Of a stretch of 64,000 nt of DNA, positions 1 to 10,599 are shown piece after piece. The notes beneath the pieces are model-generated. The model did no database searches, was not told the DNA's origin, and worked only from the letters and a program-made list of their open reading frames with translations. Numbering within the stretch: position 1 is the stretch's first letter; each line of letters opens with the position of its first letter. Source of the stretch: a virus; IMG/VR virus record IMGVR_UViG_3300007516_000015, positions 4,136-68,135 of that record; one strand, written 5' to 3'. The translations under genes were made by a program, and so were the position numbers.

Positions 1-1
1 T

Positions 2-46
2 AACAAAAAAATAATAACAGAAGACGGTAGACAACTATTATTTTAA
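2..46 (+). CDS. 3' end of a hypothetical protein truncated by the window edge
   Basis: Open frame NKKIITEDGRQLLF ends at TAA 44-46, abutting the ATG at 47. Confidence 0.55.
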   Translation, partial: NKKIITEDGRQLLF

Positions 47-841
47 ATGAAAAAGAACTTTAACCAAGCTTTATTAAACGAAGAAATTAAAAAATTCATG
101 TTTCTTACTGAATATGATTTTTATCAAGAAAAAAAAGAAACTCCAGAATACAAAGACCTTCTTTTAGGTGATGAACCAATGATAGAAGCGGATGACGCAC
201 CTTCAGATTTAGAACCTGAAGACCAAGTTGATAGCGCAGCTGGAAACATCGCGTCAGATTTAGGTATAGACGATGCTAACCCTGAAGGTGGTGAAGAAGG
301 TGGTGAAGAAATGGGTAACACCCCAGAACCTGATGCAAACGCTGAAGAAATTCCAGCACCAGAACCAACTCCACCGCCAATTCCAGAACCACAAAGTGAT
401 GATGTGGAAGTAGATGTTACATCTTTGGTACAAGGTTCTGAAGAGGCTAAAGAATCTGCTGATATTGCGGCTAAAAATAGCCAAATGCTTTTACAAAAAT
501 TAACCGATTTGGAAAATAGAATGGCAAAAATGGCTGTTCTTTCAGATAAAATTGAAGGGCTTGAACAAGAAATTGTGAAAAGAAACCCAACACCAGTTGA
601 AAAAATGGAAATGAGAACAGTTAGCTCTGCCCCGTTTAACCAAAAATTAACTGATTATTGGGCAAACAAAGAAGGTGCTTATGATGTTATGAATAACGAG
701 AAGAAACCTAAAGAGTATGTTCTAACAAAAGATGATGTAGATTCTTCATATAGTGCTGCTGGAATTAAAAATAGTTTTTCAGTGGATAAAAACCCATACG
801 AAGAAGAATCAACCGAAGATTATTACGAAGAAGAAATGTAA
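47..841 (+). CDS. acidic, Pro/Glu-rich coiled-coil protein, possibly head/prohead-core associated
   Basis: 264 aa with low-complexity acidic centre, heptad region and N-terminal LNE motif; followed by a terminator. Confidence 0.55.
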   Translation: MKKNFNQALLNEEIKKFMFLTEYDFYQEKKETPEYKDLLLGDEPMIEADDAPSDLEPEDQVDSAAGNIASDLGIDDANPEGGEEGGEEMGNTPEPDANAEEIPAPEPTPPPIPEPQSDDVEVDVTSLVQGSEEAKESADIAAKNSQMLLQKLTDLENRMAKMAVLSDKIEGLEQEIVKRNPTPVEKMEMRTVSSAPFNQKLTDYWANKEGAYDVMNNEKKPKEYVLTKDDVDSSYSAAGIKNSFSVDKNPYEEESTEDYYEEEM

Positions 842-848
842 ATTAAAG

Positions 849-870
849 AACCCCAAATTGGGGTTTTTTT
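849..870 (+). terminator. intrinsic terminator
   Basis: aacccca-aat-tggggtt hairpin followed by a T run. Confidence 0.85.
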
Positions 871-900
871 GTTTTATATGGGTTTTTTTATTTGGTTTAG

Positions 901-931
901 TTGTATCATAAATTAAATTTCGGTAAGTTTG
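901..931 (+). promoter_or_regulatory. Bacteroidota-type housekeeping promoter
   Basis: TTG(901)-N20-TAAGTTTG(924-931) matches the -33/-7 TAnnTTTG consensus. Confidence 0.65.
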
Positions 932-982
932 AAAAAATAAATATTATACGAACTTTAATTCGTGAAATAGAGTAAATTTTAC

Positions 983-1013
983 TTGACTTTTCTCAGATTC
1001 TATAGTATATTTG
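983..1013 (+). promoter_or_regulatory. Bacteroidota-type housekeeping promoter of the replication operon
   Basis: TTG(983)-N20-TATATTTG(1006-1013). Confidence 0.75.
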
Positions 1014-1064
1014 TAATATTAGAATTAAGAAAATAACAACTATATATAAATAAAACAAACAAAA

Positions 1065-1973
1065 ATGAGTGTACAAAATAACGCTTTGGCGGCAATGCTA
1101 GAACAGTATGAAACCAATAACAAACCGAAGTATGAAAAGAGAACAGATAAGGTTTTTGACCTTAAAAATTACTTCACAACTTACCTACCTAAAGGTACTG
1201 TTTCATTAACAAAAACAATTAGAATACTACCAACAGCAGACGGTTCATCTCCATTTGTTGAGATGCATGGACATAAAATCAAAATTGATGGTGAATGGAA
1301 AACATTTCCATGTTTAAAACATGAGAAAAATGAACCATGTCCGTTTTGTGAAGCACGTGAAGCTTTATTGGCTACTGGTAGTGAAACAGATAAAGAATTG
1401 GCTAAAACATACAACACTAGGTTGATGTATATTGTTAAAGTAATTGACCGAGATGATGAAGAACATGGTGTTAAATTTTGGAGATTTAATCACAATTACA
1501 AAAAAGAAGGTAATTTGGATAAAATTCAAGCTGTAATAAGGGCTATTAAAAAAGATATCACTAACCCAGAAATTGGACGTGACCTTTCTTTAACAATAAA
1601 TAAAAACGATGAAATCACTGTAGTTTCTGGTGTTGCATCTTTAGACCCTTCGCCATTATCTGAAGACCCAAAACAAGCTGCTGAATGGATGGCTGATGAC
1701 AGAACTTGGAGAAGTGTGTATGCTGAAAAAAACTATGATTATTTATTAATAGTTGTAAAAGGTGGTGTTCCAGTTTGGGATAAAACCGCTAATTGTTTTG
1801 TTGACAAAAACAGTACAGCAGCTGTTAAAACCGAAACCAATGCTTTGGATACGGAATTAACTATGGGTGTTGAAAACGTAAAGTCTAACATTATCGCATC
1901 TACTACTGAAACAGTCACTTCAAGTGTTGAATCAACTGTAGAGGATGAAGTTGATGACGATTTACCGTTCTAA
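1065..1973 (+). CDS. single-stranded DNA-binding protein, T4 gp32-like
   Basis: IRILP..DGSSPF, Zn-ligand pattern H...C-x8-CPFC, GRDL motif, acidic DDLPF tail. Confidence 0.85.
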   Translation: MSVQNNALAAMLEQYETNNKPKYEKRTDKVFDLKNYFTTYLPKGTVSLTKTIRILPTADGSSPFVEMHGHKIKIDGEWKTFPCLKHEKNEPCPFCEAREALLATGSETDKELAKTYNTRLMYIVKVIDRDDEEHGVKFWRFNHNYKKEGNLDKIQAVIRAIKKDITNPEIGRDLSLTINKNDEITVVSGVASLDPSPLSEDPKQAAEWMADDRTWRSVYAEKNYDYLLIVVKGGVPVWDKTANCFVDKNSTAAVKTETNALDTELTMGVENVKSNIIASTTETVTSSVESTVEDEVDDDLPF

Positions 1974-1996
1974 ACTATTTAATGGTTTTAATAATA

Positions 1997-2023
1997 AAAA
2001 AAGGTGAGAGATTGCCTTTTTTT
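1997..2023 (+). terminator. intrinsic terminator
   Basis: aaaaaaggtga-gag-attgcctttttt hairpin with T tail after the SSB gene. Confidence 0.65.
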
Positions 2024-2056
2024 ATTCCAAAATAATAAAAATTAAAAAGTGTAGTT

Positions 2057-3160
2057 ATGGCTAAAAAACCAGAAAAGAAACAAATTGAGAAAAAAGCGTT
2101 TGATGCTGAAAGTTTCTTACTATCAGAAGGATTAAATACTGAACCTGAAGATAAAGAATTAAGTTGGATACCGTTAAGTAAAGCTTGGCATGATGCTATT
2201 AAATTACCTGGGTTTCCTAGGGGTTATGTTTCTTTGGTTAGAGGTTTTTCAAATACTGGTAAATCAACGGCTTTCTATGAAGCGATTGTAGGTGCTCAAA
2301 AAATAGGTGACTACCCTATAGTTATTGAAACTGAAGGAAATTGGAATGCTAACCACGCGAAAATGGTTGGTGTTAAATTTATAGAAGTTACTGACGAAGA
2401 AACTGGTGAAATTAAATTAAAACCAGATGGTTTTTTATTAATTAGAAATCAAGATTTGTTTGCCAGATATAAAAATTACTGTCATAAAGAGAGTAAAATG
2501 AAAGCCACACAAACTCGTAACCAACCAGTTATAGAGGATGTAGCTCTCTTTATGGAAGAGATGATAAAAAAACAAACAGATGGTATTTTACCAAAAAATC
2601 TTTGTTTTCTATGGGATTCAATAGGTACTTTAAATGGTTATCAATCAGCAACAGCTAACGGTAGAAATGCTCAATGGAATGCTGGTGCTATGAATGTTTT
2701 TGGTACGATTGTTAATTTTTTAATTCCTTCATCAAGAGCGATAGATAGTGAATTTACCAACACATTCATTTGTGTTCAAAAAATTTGGTTAGATAACATG
2801 AACGGTAGTGTTATCAAACATAAAGGTGGTGAATTTATGTATTACAATTGTCGTTTAAATGTTCACTTAGGTGGTGTGTTAACACATGGGACAACTAAAC
2901 TTAAAGCAACTTCTTTAGGACAAGATTTCCAGTATGGTACTGAGGCTAAAATCAAATGTGATAAAAACCATGTTAATGGTATAGAAAAGATGGGTAAAAT
3001 TGCATCAACACCTTTTGGGTATGTTAACCCAGATGAGTTAGATGAATGGAAAAAAACACATCGTCAATTTATTCATGATTCATTAAATGTAACTTATGAA
3101 GTTGATGTGAAGTTCGACCAAGAAGATGGAACGTTTGACTCTGACGATATCAGAGTTTAA
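2057..3160 (+). CDS. RecA/UvsX-like recombinase
   Basis: Walker A GFSNTGKST, IETEG, Walker B FLWDS, KGGEFMYY, KNHV. Confidence 0.85.
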   Translation: MAKKPEKKQIEKKAFDAESFLLSEGLNTEPEDKELSWIPLSKAWHDAIKLPGFPRGYVSLVRGFSNTGKSTAFYEAIVGAQKIGDYPIVIETEGNWNANHAKMVGVKFIEVTDEETGEIKLKPDGFLLIRNQDLFARYKNYCHKESKMKATQTRNQPVIEDVALFMEEMIKKQTDGILPKNLCFLWDSIGTLNGYQSATANGRNAQWNAGAMNVFGTIVNFLIPSSRAIDSEFTNTFICVQKIWLDNMNGSVIKHKGGEFMYYNCRLNVHLGGVLTHGTTKLKATSLGQDFQYGTEAKIKCDKNHVNGIEKMGKIASTPFGYVNPDELDEWKKTHRQFIHDSLNVTYEVDVKFDQEDGTFDSDDIRV

Positions 3161-3189
3161 TATAGTATTAACCCTTTAATTTTGTTTAA

Positions 3190-4248
3190 ATGAACAAAAG
3201 ACCACCAAGAACTGGTGAAGTAGTTCTTAAAAGAAAAAATACCTTGCTGGTTGATGGGTCAGCATTGTTTAAACAATCATTCAACGGTGCTAAAGACCAA
3301 TACAACCATTTTGGTTGTCATATAGGTGGTCTATTAGCTTTCTTAACAACATTAAGGATGGTGTTAGAGAATGATTTATACCATAGAGTTTACGTTTTTT
3401 GGGATGGAACTTTCAGTGGGAAACTTAGATATAATATTTACCAACCGTATAAAAGTGGTCGAGGTAAAGATTATATCAATGGCACACAACCTACTGACGA
3501 GAGTGAATTAAACCAAAGAAAACTTCTTTGGGAATACCTAAATGAAATGTATGTAAGACAAATAAAAGATGAGGTCGTTGAAGGTGATGATTTTATAGCT
3601 TACTATTGTCTAAATAAAACCCCGAATGAAAGAATTACAATCATTTCAAATGACCGTGATTTTTTACAACTATTATCTGATGATATTCGAATCTATTTTC
3701 TAGATATGAAAGTTTATGTCACGATAGACAATTACCTTGAATACCCAAAGAAATTCAAATTTCATCAAAGCAATTCAGTTTTAATGAAAACAATGGTTGG
3801 TGATTCAAGTGATAGTATCAAGGGGATAAGTCGATTAGGTGAAGATACATTAATTAAATATTTCCCAGAACTAAAAGAAAGAAAAGTTAGTTTAAATGAA
3901 ATAATTGATAGTGCTAAAAAACAACAAGAAGAAAGGGTTAATAATAAAAAAAAACCACTTGCGGTATTTCAAAATATCATCAATGGTATTACTGATGGTC
4001 CTCAAAAGGAAAAAATTTATGAGATAAATGAATGTCTTGTCAATCTAAGTAAACCAATGATGACCAAAGATGCTATAGAGTCTTTAGAACAGTTAATGGA
4101 AGGGACTTTAGATTCATCGGGTCGCGAATTAAAAAACGTTTTCACTATGATGAAACGAGATGGATTAAATCACGCTTTGGGAAATAGAAGATACGAAAGT
4201 TTCTTAGAACCATTCAAGAAGCTAATACCAAGAGAAATTAATTTTTAA
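3190..4248 (+). CDS. 5'-3' exonuclease / flap endonuclease (T4 RNase H, PolI N-terminal type)
   Basis: LLVDGS, FWDG, YKSGR, EGDDFIA, SNDRDFLQL, GDSSDSIKGI motifs. Confidence 0.92.
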   Translation: MNKRPPRTGEVVLKRKNTLLVDGSALFKQSFNGAKDQYNHFGCHIGGLLAFLTTLRMVLENDLYHRVYVFWDGTFSGKLRYNIYQPYKSGRGKDYINGTQPTDESELNQRKLLWEYLNEMYVRQIKDEVVEGDDFIAYYCLNKTPNERITIISNDRDFLQLLSDDIRIYFLDMKVYVTIDNYLEYPKKFKFHQSNSVLMKTMVGDSSDSIKGISRLGEDTLIKYFPELKERKVSLNEIIDSAKKQQEERVNNKKKPLAVFQNIINGITDGPQKEKIYEINECLVNLSKPMMTKDAIESLEQLMEGTLDSSGRELKNVFTMMKRDGLNHALGNRRYESFLEPFKKLIPREINF

Positions 4249-4270
4249 ACAAACAAATAAATAAACAAAC

Positions 4271-4762
4271 ATGGAAACAAAAACAACATCATTTGATTTT
4301 AAGAAAATGGAAGAACAACGTTTTGAATTTATCTTATATATCAATAATCACATTATTTGTCAAAGATTCTTTCATATAAGAGACTTTAATGAAGCGTCAC
4401 CTAAATCACTTGAAATAAAACATTTAATGGATTCTATTTGTGGGACAAATATAAACGAATTCGGACAAATGGGTATCATTCCAAACCACTTAAAAAAGAA
4501 ATCAGTAGATTACGTGTGGGATACTTATAACCCATATGCTGAGGGTGAAGACCGTATACAAAGAAATGGAGGCGATAAAATTGATAACTTTCAATTTGAG
4601 TTAAGAATTGATAAGAAAATGGTTGGTAAATCAATCTTCTCTGGAAATTTATTTCCACCAAAGGTTAGGTACGCTGTGGATATCAAGGAAATTATTCCTT
4701 CTATAATGAGCGAAATTAGAGCTTATTTAAGTCAAAAAAATTATACAAATGTGGTCGCTTAA
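4271..4762 (+). CDS. hypothetical protein in the replication operon
   Basis: 163 aa ORF with A-rich start between exonuclease and helicase. Confidence 0.75.
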   Translation: METKTTSFDFKKMEEQRFEFILYINNHIICQRFFHIRDFNEASPKSLEIKHLMDSICGTNINEFGQMGIIPNHLKKKSVDYVWDTYNPYAEGEDRIQRNGGDKIDNFQFELRIDKKMVGKSIFSGNLFPPKVRYAVDIKEIIPSIMSEIRAYLSQKNYTNVVA

Positions 4763-4777
4763 GCGACCATTTTTTTA
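4753..4777 (+). terminator. intrinsic terminator overlapping the stop codon
   Basis: ggtcgc-ttaa-gcgacc hairpin followed by a T run. Confidence 0.7.
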
Positions 4778-4820
4778 GTGTTAAAATAACATTTTTTAAA
4801 AATGACGAGGTAAAAATTGA

Positions 4821-6257
4821 ATGGCAAAAATAAATAAAGATACATTAGAATACCTTGGGAATGATTATCAATATAGGTTGATAGCTCAAATATTATCGGA
4901 TTCAAAATTTGGTAACTCTATAATTGATATTGTAGACCCAAATTATTTTCAAGAACCATATTTAAGGGTTGTTGCCGCTATAATAAAAGAAGCTAAGGAA
5001 AAAGATGATATCATTCCAGACATTGGTGGTCTTAGAATTCGTATTCTTGATGATGTGTCAAATGACATGCAACAAAAGTATGCTATTAGAGAATTAGAGA
5101 AGATAAGTCAAGCTAGTTTACAAGATACTTTCAAAGTTCAAGATATTGCTATGAAATTTTGTAAGCAACAAGAATTAAAAAAATCTATCAAAGAAATCCA
5201 AAGTATTATTGATAAGGGTGATATTAATGACTATGATGAATGTGAAGCTATTTTAAAGAAAGCACTTGAATACGGCCACGTAAAAGACGAGGGTATGGAT
5301 ATCTTTGATAATATCAAAGATGTGTTACGTGAAGATTTTAGAAACCCAATTAGAACAGGTATTAATGGTTTAGATGAATACATGGATGGTGGTTTATCTA
5401 AAGGTGAGTTAGCTGTTATCTTAGCACCTTTTGGTACTGGTAAAACCACGATGATAACCAAAATAGCTAACACAGCTATGAACGATGGTTATAAAGTACT
5501 TCAAATATTTTTCGAAGATAACCCAAAAGTTATTCAACGAAAACACTTGGCTTGTTGGAGTGGTATTGAATTGAATTCTTTATCGCAACACCAAGCAGAA
5601 GTTTTCGAGTTATGTCAAGAAAAAATGTCATTACCTAAAGAAGGTAAAGGTATTCTTAAGCTTAAAAAATTCCCAAGTGATGGTACTACAATACCAATGA
5701 TTCGACAATATATTAGAAAACTAATAGCACAAGGTTTTAAACCAGATATTGTTTTATTAGATTATATTGATTGTGTACAACCATCAAAAACTTTTGCTGA
5801 TGCAAACATTGGTGAAGGAAGTGTTATGAGACAATTTGAATCGATGTTGGATGAGCTGGATATGGCTGGTTGGACTGCGATTCAAGGTAATAGAAGTTCG
5901 ATAGGTGCAGCGGTTGTTGAAGCCAATCAAATTGGAGGTTCTATTAAAAAGGGTCAAATTGGCCACTTTATTGTTTCAATAGCAAAAACGTTAGACCAAA
6001 AAGAAGATGGAACCGCTACCATGGCAATTCTTAAATCAAGATTTGGTAAAGATGGGGTTATTTTTGAAGATATAACTTTTGATAACGCTAAAATACAAAT
6101 AGATATGGGTCAAAGTAGAGGTCCTAGAACAAGAGGTGAATTTAAACAAGACATTAAAGAATCAAATCAAGCAAGAGTTAATTCGGTTCTAGATGCAATG
6201 AAAAATAGAAAAGAAACTTTAATTTCCGAAGTTCCTAAAGAAACTGATAATCTCTAA
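4821..6257 (+). CDS. dnaB: replicative DNA helicase, DnaB/T4 gp41 family
   Basis: TGINGLD..MDGGL, Walker [27 protein letters not shown]. Confidence 0.92.
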   Translation: MAKINKDTLEYLGNDYQYRLIAQILSDSKFGNSIIDIVDPNYFQEPYLRVVAAIIKEAKEKDDIIPDIGGLRIRILDDVSNDMQQKYAIRELEKISQASLQDTFKVQDIAMKFCKQQELKKSIKEIQSIIDKGDINDYDECEAILKKALEYGHVKDEGMDIFDNIKDVLREDFRNPIRTGINGLDEYMDGGLSKGELAVILAPFGTGKTTMITKIANTAMNDGYKVLQIFFEDNPKVIQRKHLACWSGIELNSLSQHQAEVFELCQEKMSLPKEGKGILKLKKFPSDGTTIPMIRQYIRKLIAQGFKPDIVLLDYIDCVQPSKTFADANIGEGSVMRQFESMLDELDMAGWTAIQGNRSSIGAAVVEANQIGGSIKKGQIGHFIVSIAKTLDQKEDGTATMAILKSRFGKDGVIFEDITFDNAKIQIDMGQSRGPRTRGEFKQDIKESNQARVNSVLDAMKNRKETLISEVPKETDNL

Positions 6258-6279
6258 TAATTATATTAAACAATTAAAA

Positions 6280-7233
6280 ATGTACGAACCAATTTTAACA
6301 CCAAATGAAGACAGATTTGTTATATTTCCGATTCAACACCAAGATTTATGGGCTTATTATGACCTAGTTAAAGAGGCTATGTGGACAGAAAAAGAAATTG
6401 ACTTATCTAAAGATTTAGACCACTGGAATAATAAGCTAACTGATAACGAAAGGTTTTTTATTAAAAACGTTTTAGCATTCTTTGCGGCTTCTGATGGAAT
6501 TGTAAACGAAAACTTAGCTGAAAATTTTTTAAAAGAAGTTCAATATACTGAAGCAAAATTTTTCTATGGTTTCCAAATTATGATGGAAAACATACATAGT
6601 CATATGTACTCATTGTTAATTGACACATATATCAAAGATACCAAAGAAAGAAATGAGTGTTTTAAAGCTATTGAGTTTATGGCACCAGTAAAGAAAAAAG
6701 CTGAGTGGGCCTTGAAATGGATTGAATCTGAATCTTTTGCTGAAAGACTAGTTGCTTTTGCTGCTGTTGAGGGTATATTTTTCTCTGGGTCTTTTTGTAG
6801 TATTTTTTATCTTAAGTCAAGAGGTTTAATGCCTGGACTTTGTGATAGTAATGCCTTTATTTCTAGGGACGAAGCTTTACATTGTGATTTTGCTATTCAT
6901 TTATTGAACAACCATATTGTTCATAAACCATCATCAGAAAGAATTAGAGAAATTCTTTTATCGGCTTTAGAAATTGAAAAAGAATTCATCACTGAATCTT
7001 TACCTGTTTCACTTATTGGGATGAATTCAGAATTAATGAAACAATATCTGGAATTTGTTGTTGACGGTTTATTACATCAATTAGAATGTGAAAAAGAATT
7101 CAACACTAAAAACCCGTTTGATTTTATGAATCAAATCGCTTTAAAAACAAAACAAAACTTTTTTGAGGGTCGTTCAACAGAATATAAATCAGCTGATTTA
7201 AGTGGTGCGATATCGTTCGATGAGGAAATTTAA
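6280..7233 (+). CDS. nrdB: ribonucleotide reductase class Ia beta subunit
   Basis: [42 protein letters not shown]. Confidence 0.97.
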   Translation: MYEPILTPNEDRFVIFPIQHQDLWAYYDLVKEAMWTEKEIDLSKDLDHWNNKLTDNERFFIKNVLAFFAASDGIVNENLAENFLKEVQYTEAKFFYGFQIMMENIHSHMYSLLIDTYIKDTKERNECFKAIEFMAPVKKKAEWALKWIESESFAERLVAFAAVEGIFFSGSFCSIFYLKSRGLMPGLCDSNAFISRDEALHCDFAIHLLNNHIVHKPSSERIREILLSALEIEKEFITESLPVSLIGMNSELMKQYLEFVVDGLLHQLECEKEFNTKNPFDFMNQIALKTKQNFFEGRSTEYKSADLSGAISFDEEI

Positions 7234-7246
7234 TAAAATATAAAAT

Positions 7247-9391
7247 ATGAAAATAACGAAAAGAAACGGTAGTAAAATTGATTTCAACCCAAATAAAATT
7301 TTAACTAGAATAAAAAAACAATCCGAAGGGTTAAAAGTAAATGCGGATGAGGTGTTCATTAAAGTAACACAAGGTATAGCTGATGAAATGACAACGAATG
7401 AATTAGATGATTTGATTTCAGTGGTTTCCGAATCGTTGGCGATGAATCATCCAGATTATTCAAAATTAGCTGCGAATATATCAATTTCAAAACTTCATAA
7501 AGAAACAGAGGATTCTTTCATGAAAGCAACTAAAAAATTATACAACGCTGGGTTGTTAAACAATTTTTATTATAATAAGGTAAAAGAGAATATTGAATTG
7601 ATTGAATCAGTGATTAATTATAAGAGAGATTTTCATTTTGATTATTTTGGTTGGTCTTCATTGAAAAATATTTACTTGTTAAAACTAAAAGATGGTGTTA
7701 TAATTGAAAGACCTCAACATATGTATGTTAGGGTCGCGCTTATGGTGACAAATACACCAGAAGATTTTATTGAAAAATACAATGATTTGAGTTTCCAGAG
7801 AGAAAGCCCAGCAACACCACTTAAAATGAATGTTGGGACAAATATAGGTCAAATCGCTTCATGTAATTTATCCATAGTTACCGATGATTCAACAGAAGGG
7901 TTACTAGATATTTTAGGAAGAATAGCTATTTCTTCATCAAAGGCTGAGGGTATTGGATTAGCTGTATCTAATATTCGTTCAAAAGAAAATAACGTAGGGA
8001 ATTCAGATGGTAAAGCTGGTGGCGTTTTAAAATATCTTAAGGTTGTTAACGAAACACTTAGATTTTGGAACCAACGAGGTAAAAGACCAGGTTCAGCCGC
8101 TGTCTACATCGAACCATGGCACAAAGATATTTTTGATGTCCTAGATATGAGGAAAAAAACAGGTGATGAAACACTTAGAGCTCGTGATTTATTTTCAGCT
8201 CTTTGGATTTCTGATAATTTCATGAAAGCTGTAGAAACGAATGGTGATTGGTATCTATTTTGCCCTCACGACATCAAATCAGCTGGTTTAAAGCCTTTTT
8301 ACGAGATTTATGGTGCTGAGTTCGAAAAAGAATATAATTTGGCCGTAGAAATGGGTTTAGGGGTTAAAATAAAAGCACATGACTTGTGGATAAAAATTAT
8401 TGAATCACAAATTGAAACAGGTATGCCTTACATGTGTTTTAAGGACCACAGTAATAGTAAATCAAACCAAAAAAACATGGGTATGATTCATTCTAGTAAT
8501 TTGTGTGCTGAAATTATGGAAGTAACTGATTATGAAACTACTGCGATATGTACTCTTACTAGTATTCCAGTTCAAAAATTTGTAATAGATAAAAAATATA
8601 GTTTCTTTGAGTTAGGTAGGGTAACCCGTTCAATAACAAAGTCATTAAATATTGCTATTGAAATTAACGATTACTCAACACCAGAAGGTAGGAAAGGTGG
8701 GTTAGAGCAAAGAGCTTTAGGAATAGGCATTCAAGGTTTGGCTGATGTGTTTGCTATGTTAAGACTTCCATTTGTTTCAGAAGAAGCTAGAACTCTTAAC
8801 AGAAATATTTTTGAGACGATATATTATAATGCTTTAAGACAGTCATGTGATTTGGCTAAAGAATCTGGTGAAACATATTCTGGTTATGAAGGTTCTCCTA
8901 TATCTCAAGGTATCTTCCAGTGGGAAATGTGGGGGATAACAGAAGATAAGTTATCTGGTATGTATGATTGGAATGAATTACGAGAAGATATATTAAAATA
9001 TGGTGTTAGAAATTCATTAACAACATGTTGTCCCCCAACAGCGAGTTGTCAAGTTATTGACACTAGGATTCACACTGAAAATGGTGTGAAATCATTTAAA
9101 GATATGCTAAAAGAAAATGATATTAATTGGGAATCATTAGAGGGTACTAACATACAACAATGGATAACCCTAAAACCATTTAATGTAAAAACAACTGATG
9201 GTTATGAAGAAGTTAATAAGATAAAATATAATGGATATTCTACAGTATATCAAATTGAAATGGAAGATGGTTCTATTTTTGAAGCAACATCAAACCATAA
9301 ATTCAAAGTAAAAAGAAATGATAAAGAAATATGGGTTGAGGTTAGTGATTTAACCACCACGGACGATATATTAAATATTTTTGAAAAATAG
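7247..9391 (+). CDS. nrdA: ribonucleotide reductase alpha, N-terminal part (600 aa) fused to the N-half of a split intein
   Basis: ATP-cone start KRNG, ASCNL, GKRPGS, SSNLCAEI, AICTL; similarity breaks at PPTAS and is followed by intein sequence. Confidence 0.95.
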   Translation: MKITKRNGSKIDFNPNKILTRIKKQSEGLKVNADEVFIKVTQGIADEMTTNELDDLISVVSESLAMNHPDYSKLAANISISKLHKETEDSFMKATKKLYNAGLLNNFYYNKVKENIELIESVINYKRDFHFDYFGWSSLKNIYLLKLKDGVIIERPQHMYVRVALMVTNTPEDFIEKYNDLSFQRESPATPLKMNVGTNIGQIASCNLSIVTDDSTEGLLDILGRIAISSSKAEGIGLAVSNIRSKENNVGNSDGKAGGVLKYLKVVNETLRFWNQRGKRPGSAAVYIEPWHKDIFDVLDMRKKTGDETLRARDLFSALWISDNFMKAVETNGDWYLFCPHDIKSAGLKPFYEIYGAEFEKEYNLAVEMGLGVKIKAHDLWIKIIESQIETGMPYMCFKDHSNSKSNQKNMGMIHSSNLCAEIMEVTDYETTAICTLTSIPVQKFVIDKKYSFFELGRVTRSITKSLNIAIEINDYSTPEGRKGGLEQRALGIGIQGLADVFAMLRLPFVSEEARTLNRNIFETIYYNALRQSCDLAKESGETYSGYEGSPISQGIFQWEMWGITEDKLSGMYDWNELREDILKYGVRNSLTTCCPPTASCQVIDTRIHTENGVKSFKDMLKENDINWESLEGTNIQQWITLKPFNVKTTDGYEEVNKIKYNGYSTVYQIEMEDGSIFEATSNHKFKVKRNDKEIWVEVSDLTTTDDILNIFEK
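9047..9388 (+). mobile_element. split intein N-fragment (114 aa)
   Basis: Block A CQVIDTRIHTENG, block B FEATSNHKF (TxxH), WVEVSDL..DDIL end, then TAG. Confidence 0.92.
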
Positions 9392-9404
9392 TTGGTGGTT
9401 TATC

Positions 9405-9459
9405 GGTTTGGTTGGTATTTATAGCTAAAGAAAATTATGAAAAATTTACCAACCAAACC
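9405..9459 (+). promoter_or_regulatory. RNA hairpin enclosing the endonuclease start codon, overlapping a putative late promoter
   Basis: ggtttggttggta (9405-9417) is the exact reverse complement of taccaaccaaacc (9447-9459); TATTTAT at 9416-9422; ATG at 9437 in the loop. Confidence 0.75.
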
Positions 9460-10498
9460 ATCACCATTCAAAATTGAGTATTGGTTAAAAAAAGGTTTTA
9501 GTAACGATGAATCTATTGAAAAAGTCAGGATACATAGGTTAAAATGTATTAGAACTTTAGAGTCATTTATTTATAACCATGGAGAGATAAACGGGTTATT
9601 AAAATTTAAAGAATTTTGTGATAAAAGTAAACATACGTTAGAAAGTTTTATGAAAAAATATGGTAAGGAAGATGGTAAATTAAAGTGGGATGCTTATTTA
9701 AAAACTAAAGATTCGAATAGTGAAAAATGGGCCTTAAAGAAATCAAATGGTGATGTTTATAAAGCTAATGAAATTTTAAAAGAACGTAAAAAAAATGTTA
9801 TTGTGACGTTAGATAAATTAATAATAAAATATAATGATATTGAATTAGCTAAAGAAAAATTAAAAGATATAAATAAAAGAAAAGATAGTTCATCTCTAAA
9901 ATATTTTATAAAAAAAACAAACGGGGATTTAAAATTAGCTACTATATTATATAAAGAACGCTCATTAAAAAAAGATTGTATGAGTATTAATTTTTTCCTT
10001 AAAAAGACAAACGGGGATTTAAAATTAGCTAAAGACTTACAAGTTAGTGAGTTAAACAGAAGAAATATTAGTTTTTGTATAGCATCTAAAGAATCTTTAG
10101 TTTATTTTATACCACTATATAAATATTTACGTAAAAATGGTTTTAAGCGAAGTGACATATTTTTAGGTGTTAATGGTTCATATGAATATAAGTTACACGA
10201 TGTTGATAAAAATATAACGTTCTCTTATGATTTTACAGTCCCATCATTAGGTTTAATTATCGAATATCATGGTGAAAAATTTCATCCAAATATCAAAAAA
10301 TATGGTGTTAATAAATTAAGGGAAAATAGATGGGGTAAACACTTTAGATTAGATTTAGATAAAAGCATCTTAAAAGACAAAACTAAAAAAGAATTAGCTA
10401 TAACAAATAACTTTGAATATATTGAGTTATGGTCATCTGATTCAGAAGAAATAAATAAAGAGAAAATAATTAAATTTTTAAAAATAAATAAGTTATGA
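9437..10498 (+). CDS. free-standing homing endonuclease, Vsr/DUF559-like PD-(D/E)XK family
   Basis: C-terminal SYDF...IIEYHGEKFH...KD..K...IELW; N-terminal KYG.E.G..KW and KKTNGDLKLA repeats; located between the intein halves. Confidence 0.82.
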   Translation: MKNLPTKPSPFKIEYWLKKGFSNDESIEKVRIHRLKCIRTLESFIYNHGEINGLLKFKEFCDKSKHTLESFMKKYGKEDGKLKWDAYLKTKDSNSEKWALKKSNGDVYKANEILKERKKNVIVTLDKLIIKYNDIELAKEKLKDINKRKDSSSLKYFIKKTNGDLKLATILYKERSLKKDCMSINFFLKKTNGDLKLAKDLQVSELNRRNISFCIASKESLVYFIPLYKYLRKNGFKRSDIFLGVNGSYEYKLHDVDKNITFSYDFTVPSLGLIIEYHGEKFHPNIKKYGVNKLRENRWGKHFRLDLDKSILKDKTKKELAITNNFEYIELWSSDSEEINKEKIIKFLKINKL

Positions 10499-10599
10499 AA
10501 ATAAAAACTATAATTAAGGGTGATATAAAACCTACTTGGGATATTGAGGTTCCTAATGTTAATCATTATATCATGGAAAATGGGTGTGTAAGTCATAAT
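10495..10599 (+). mobile_element. split intein C-fragment (35 aa)
   Basis: Block F TWDIEVPNVNHYIMENG, block G VSHN followed by Ser+1. Confidence 0.92.

Noticed and set aside
842-1064. Structured ncRNA or tRNA in the largest intergenic gaps (also 11104-11265)
   Set aside because: Explained by terminators and promoters; no cloverleaf or extended pairing seen
9389-10599. Group I intron interrupting nrdA
   Set aside because: The sequence flanking the endonuclease is coding intein with intact motifs; only 45 non-coding nt remain, too little for a ribozyme core
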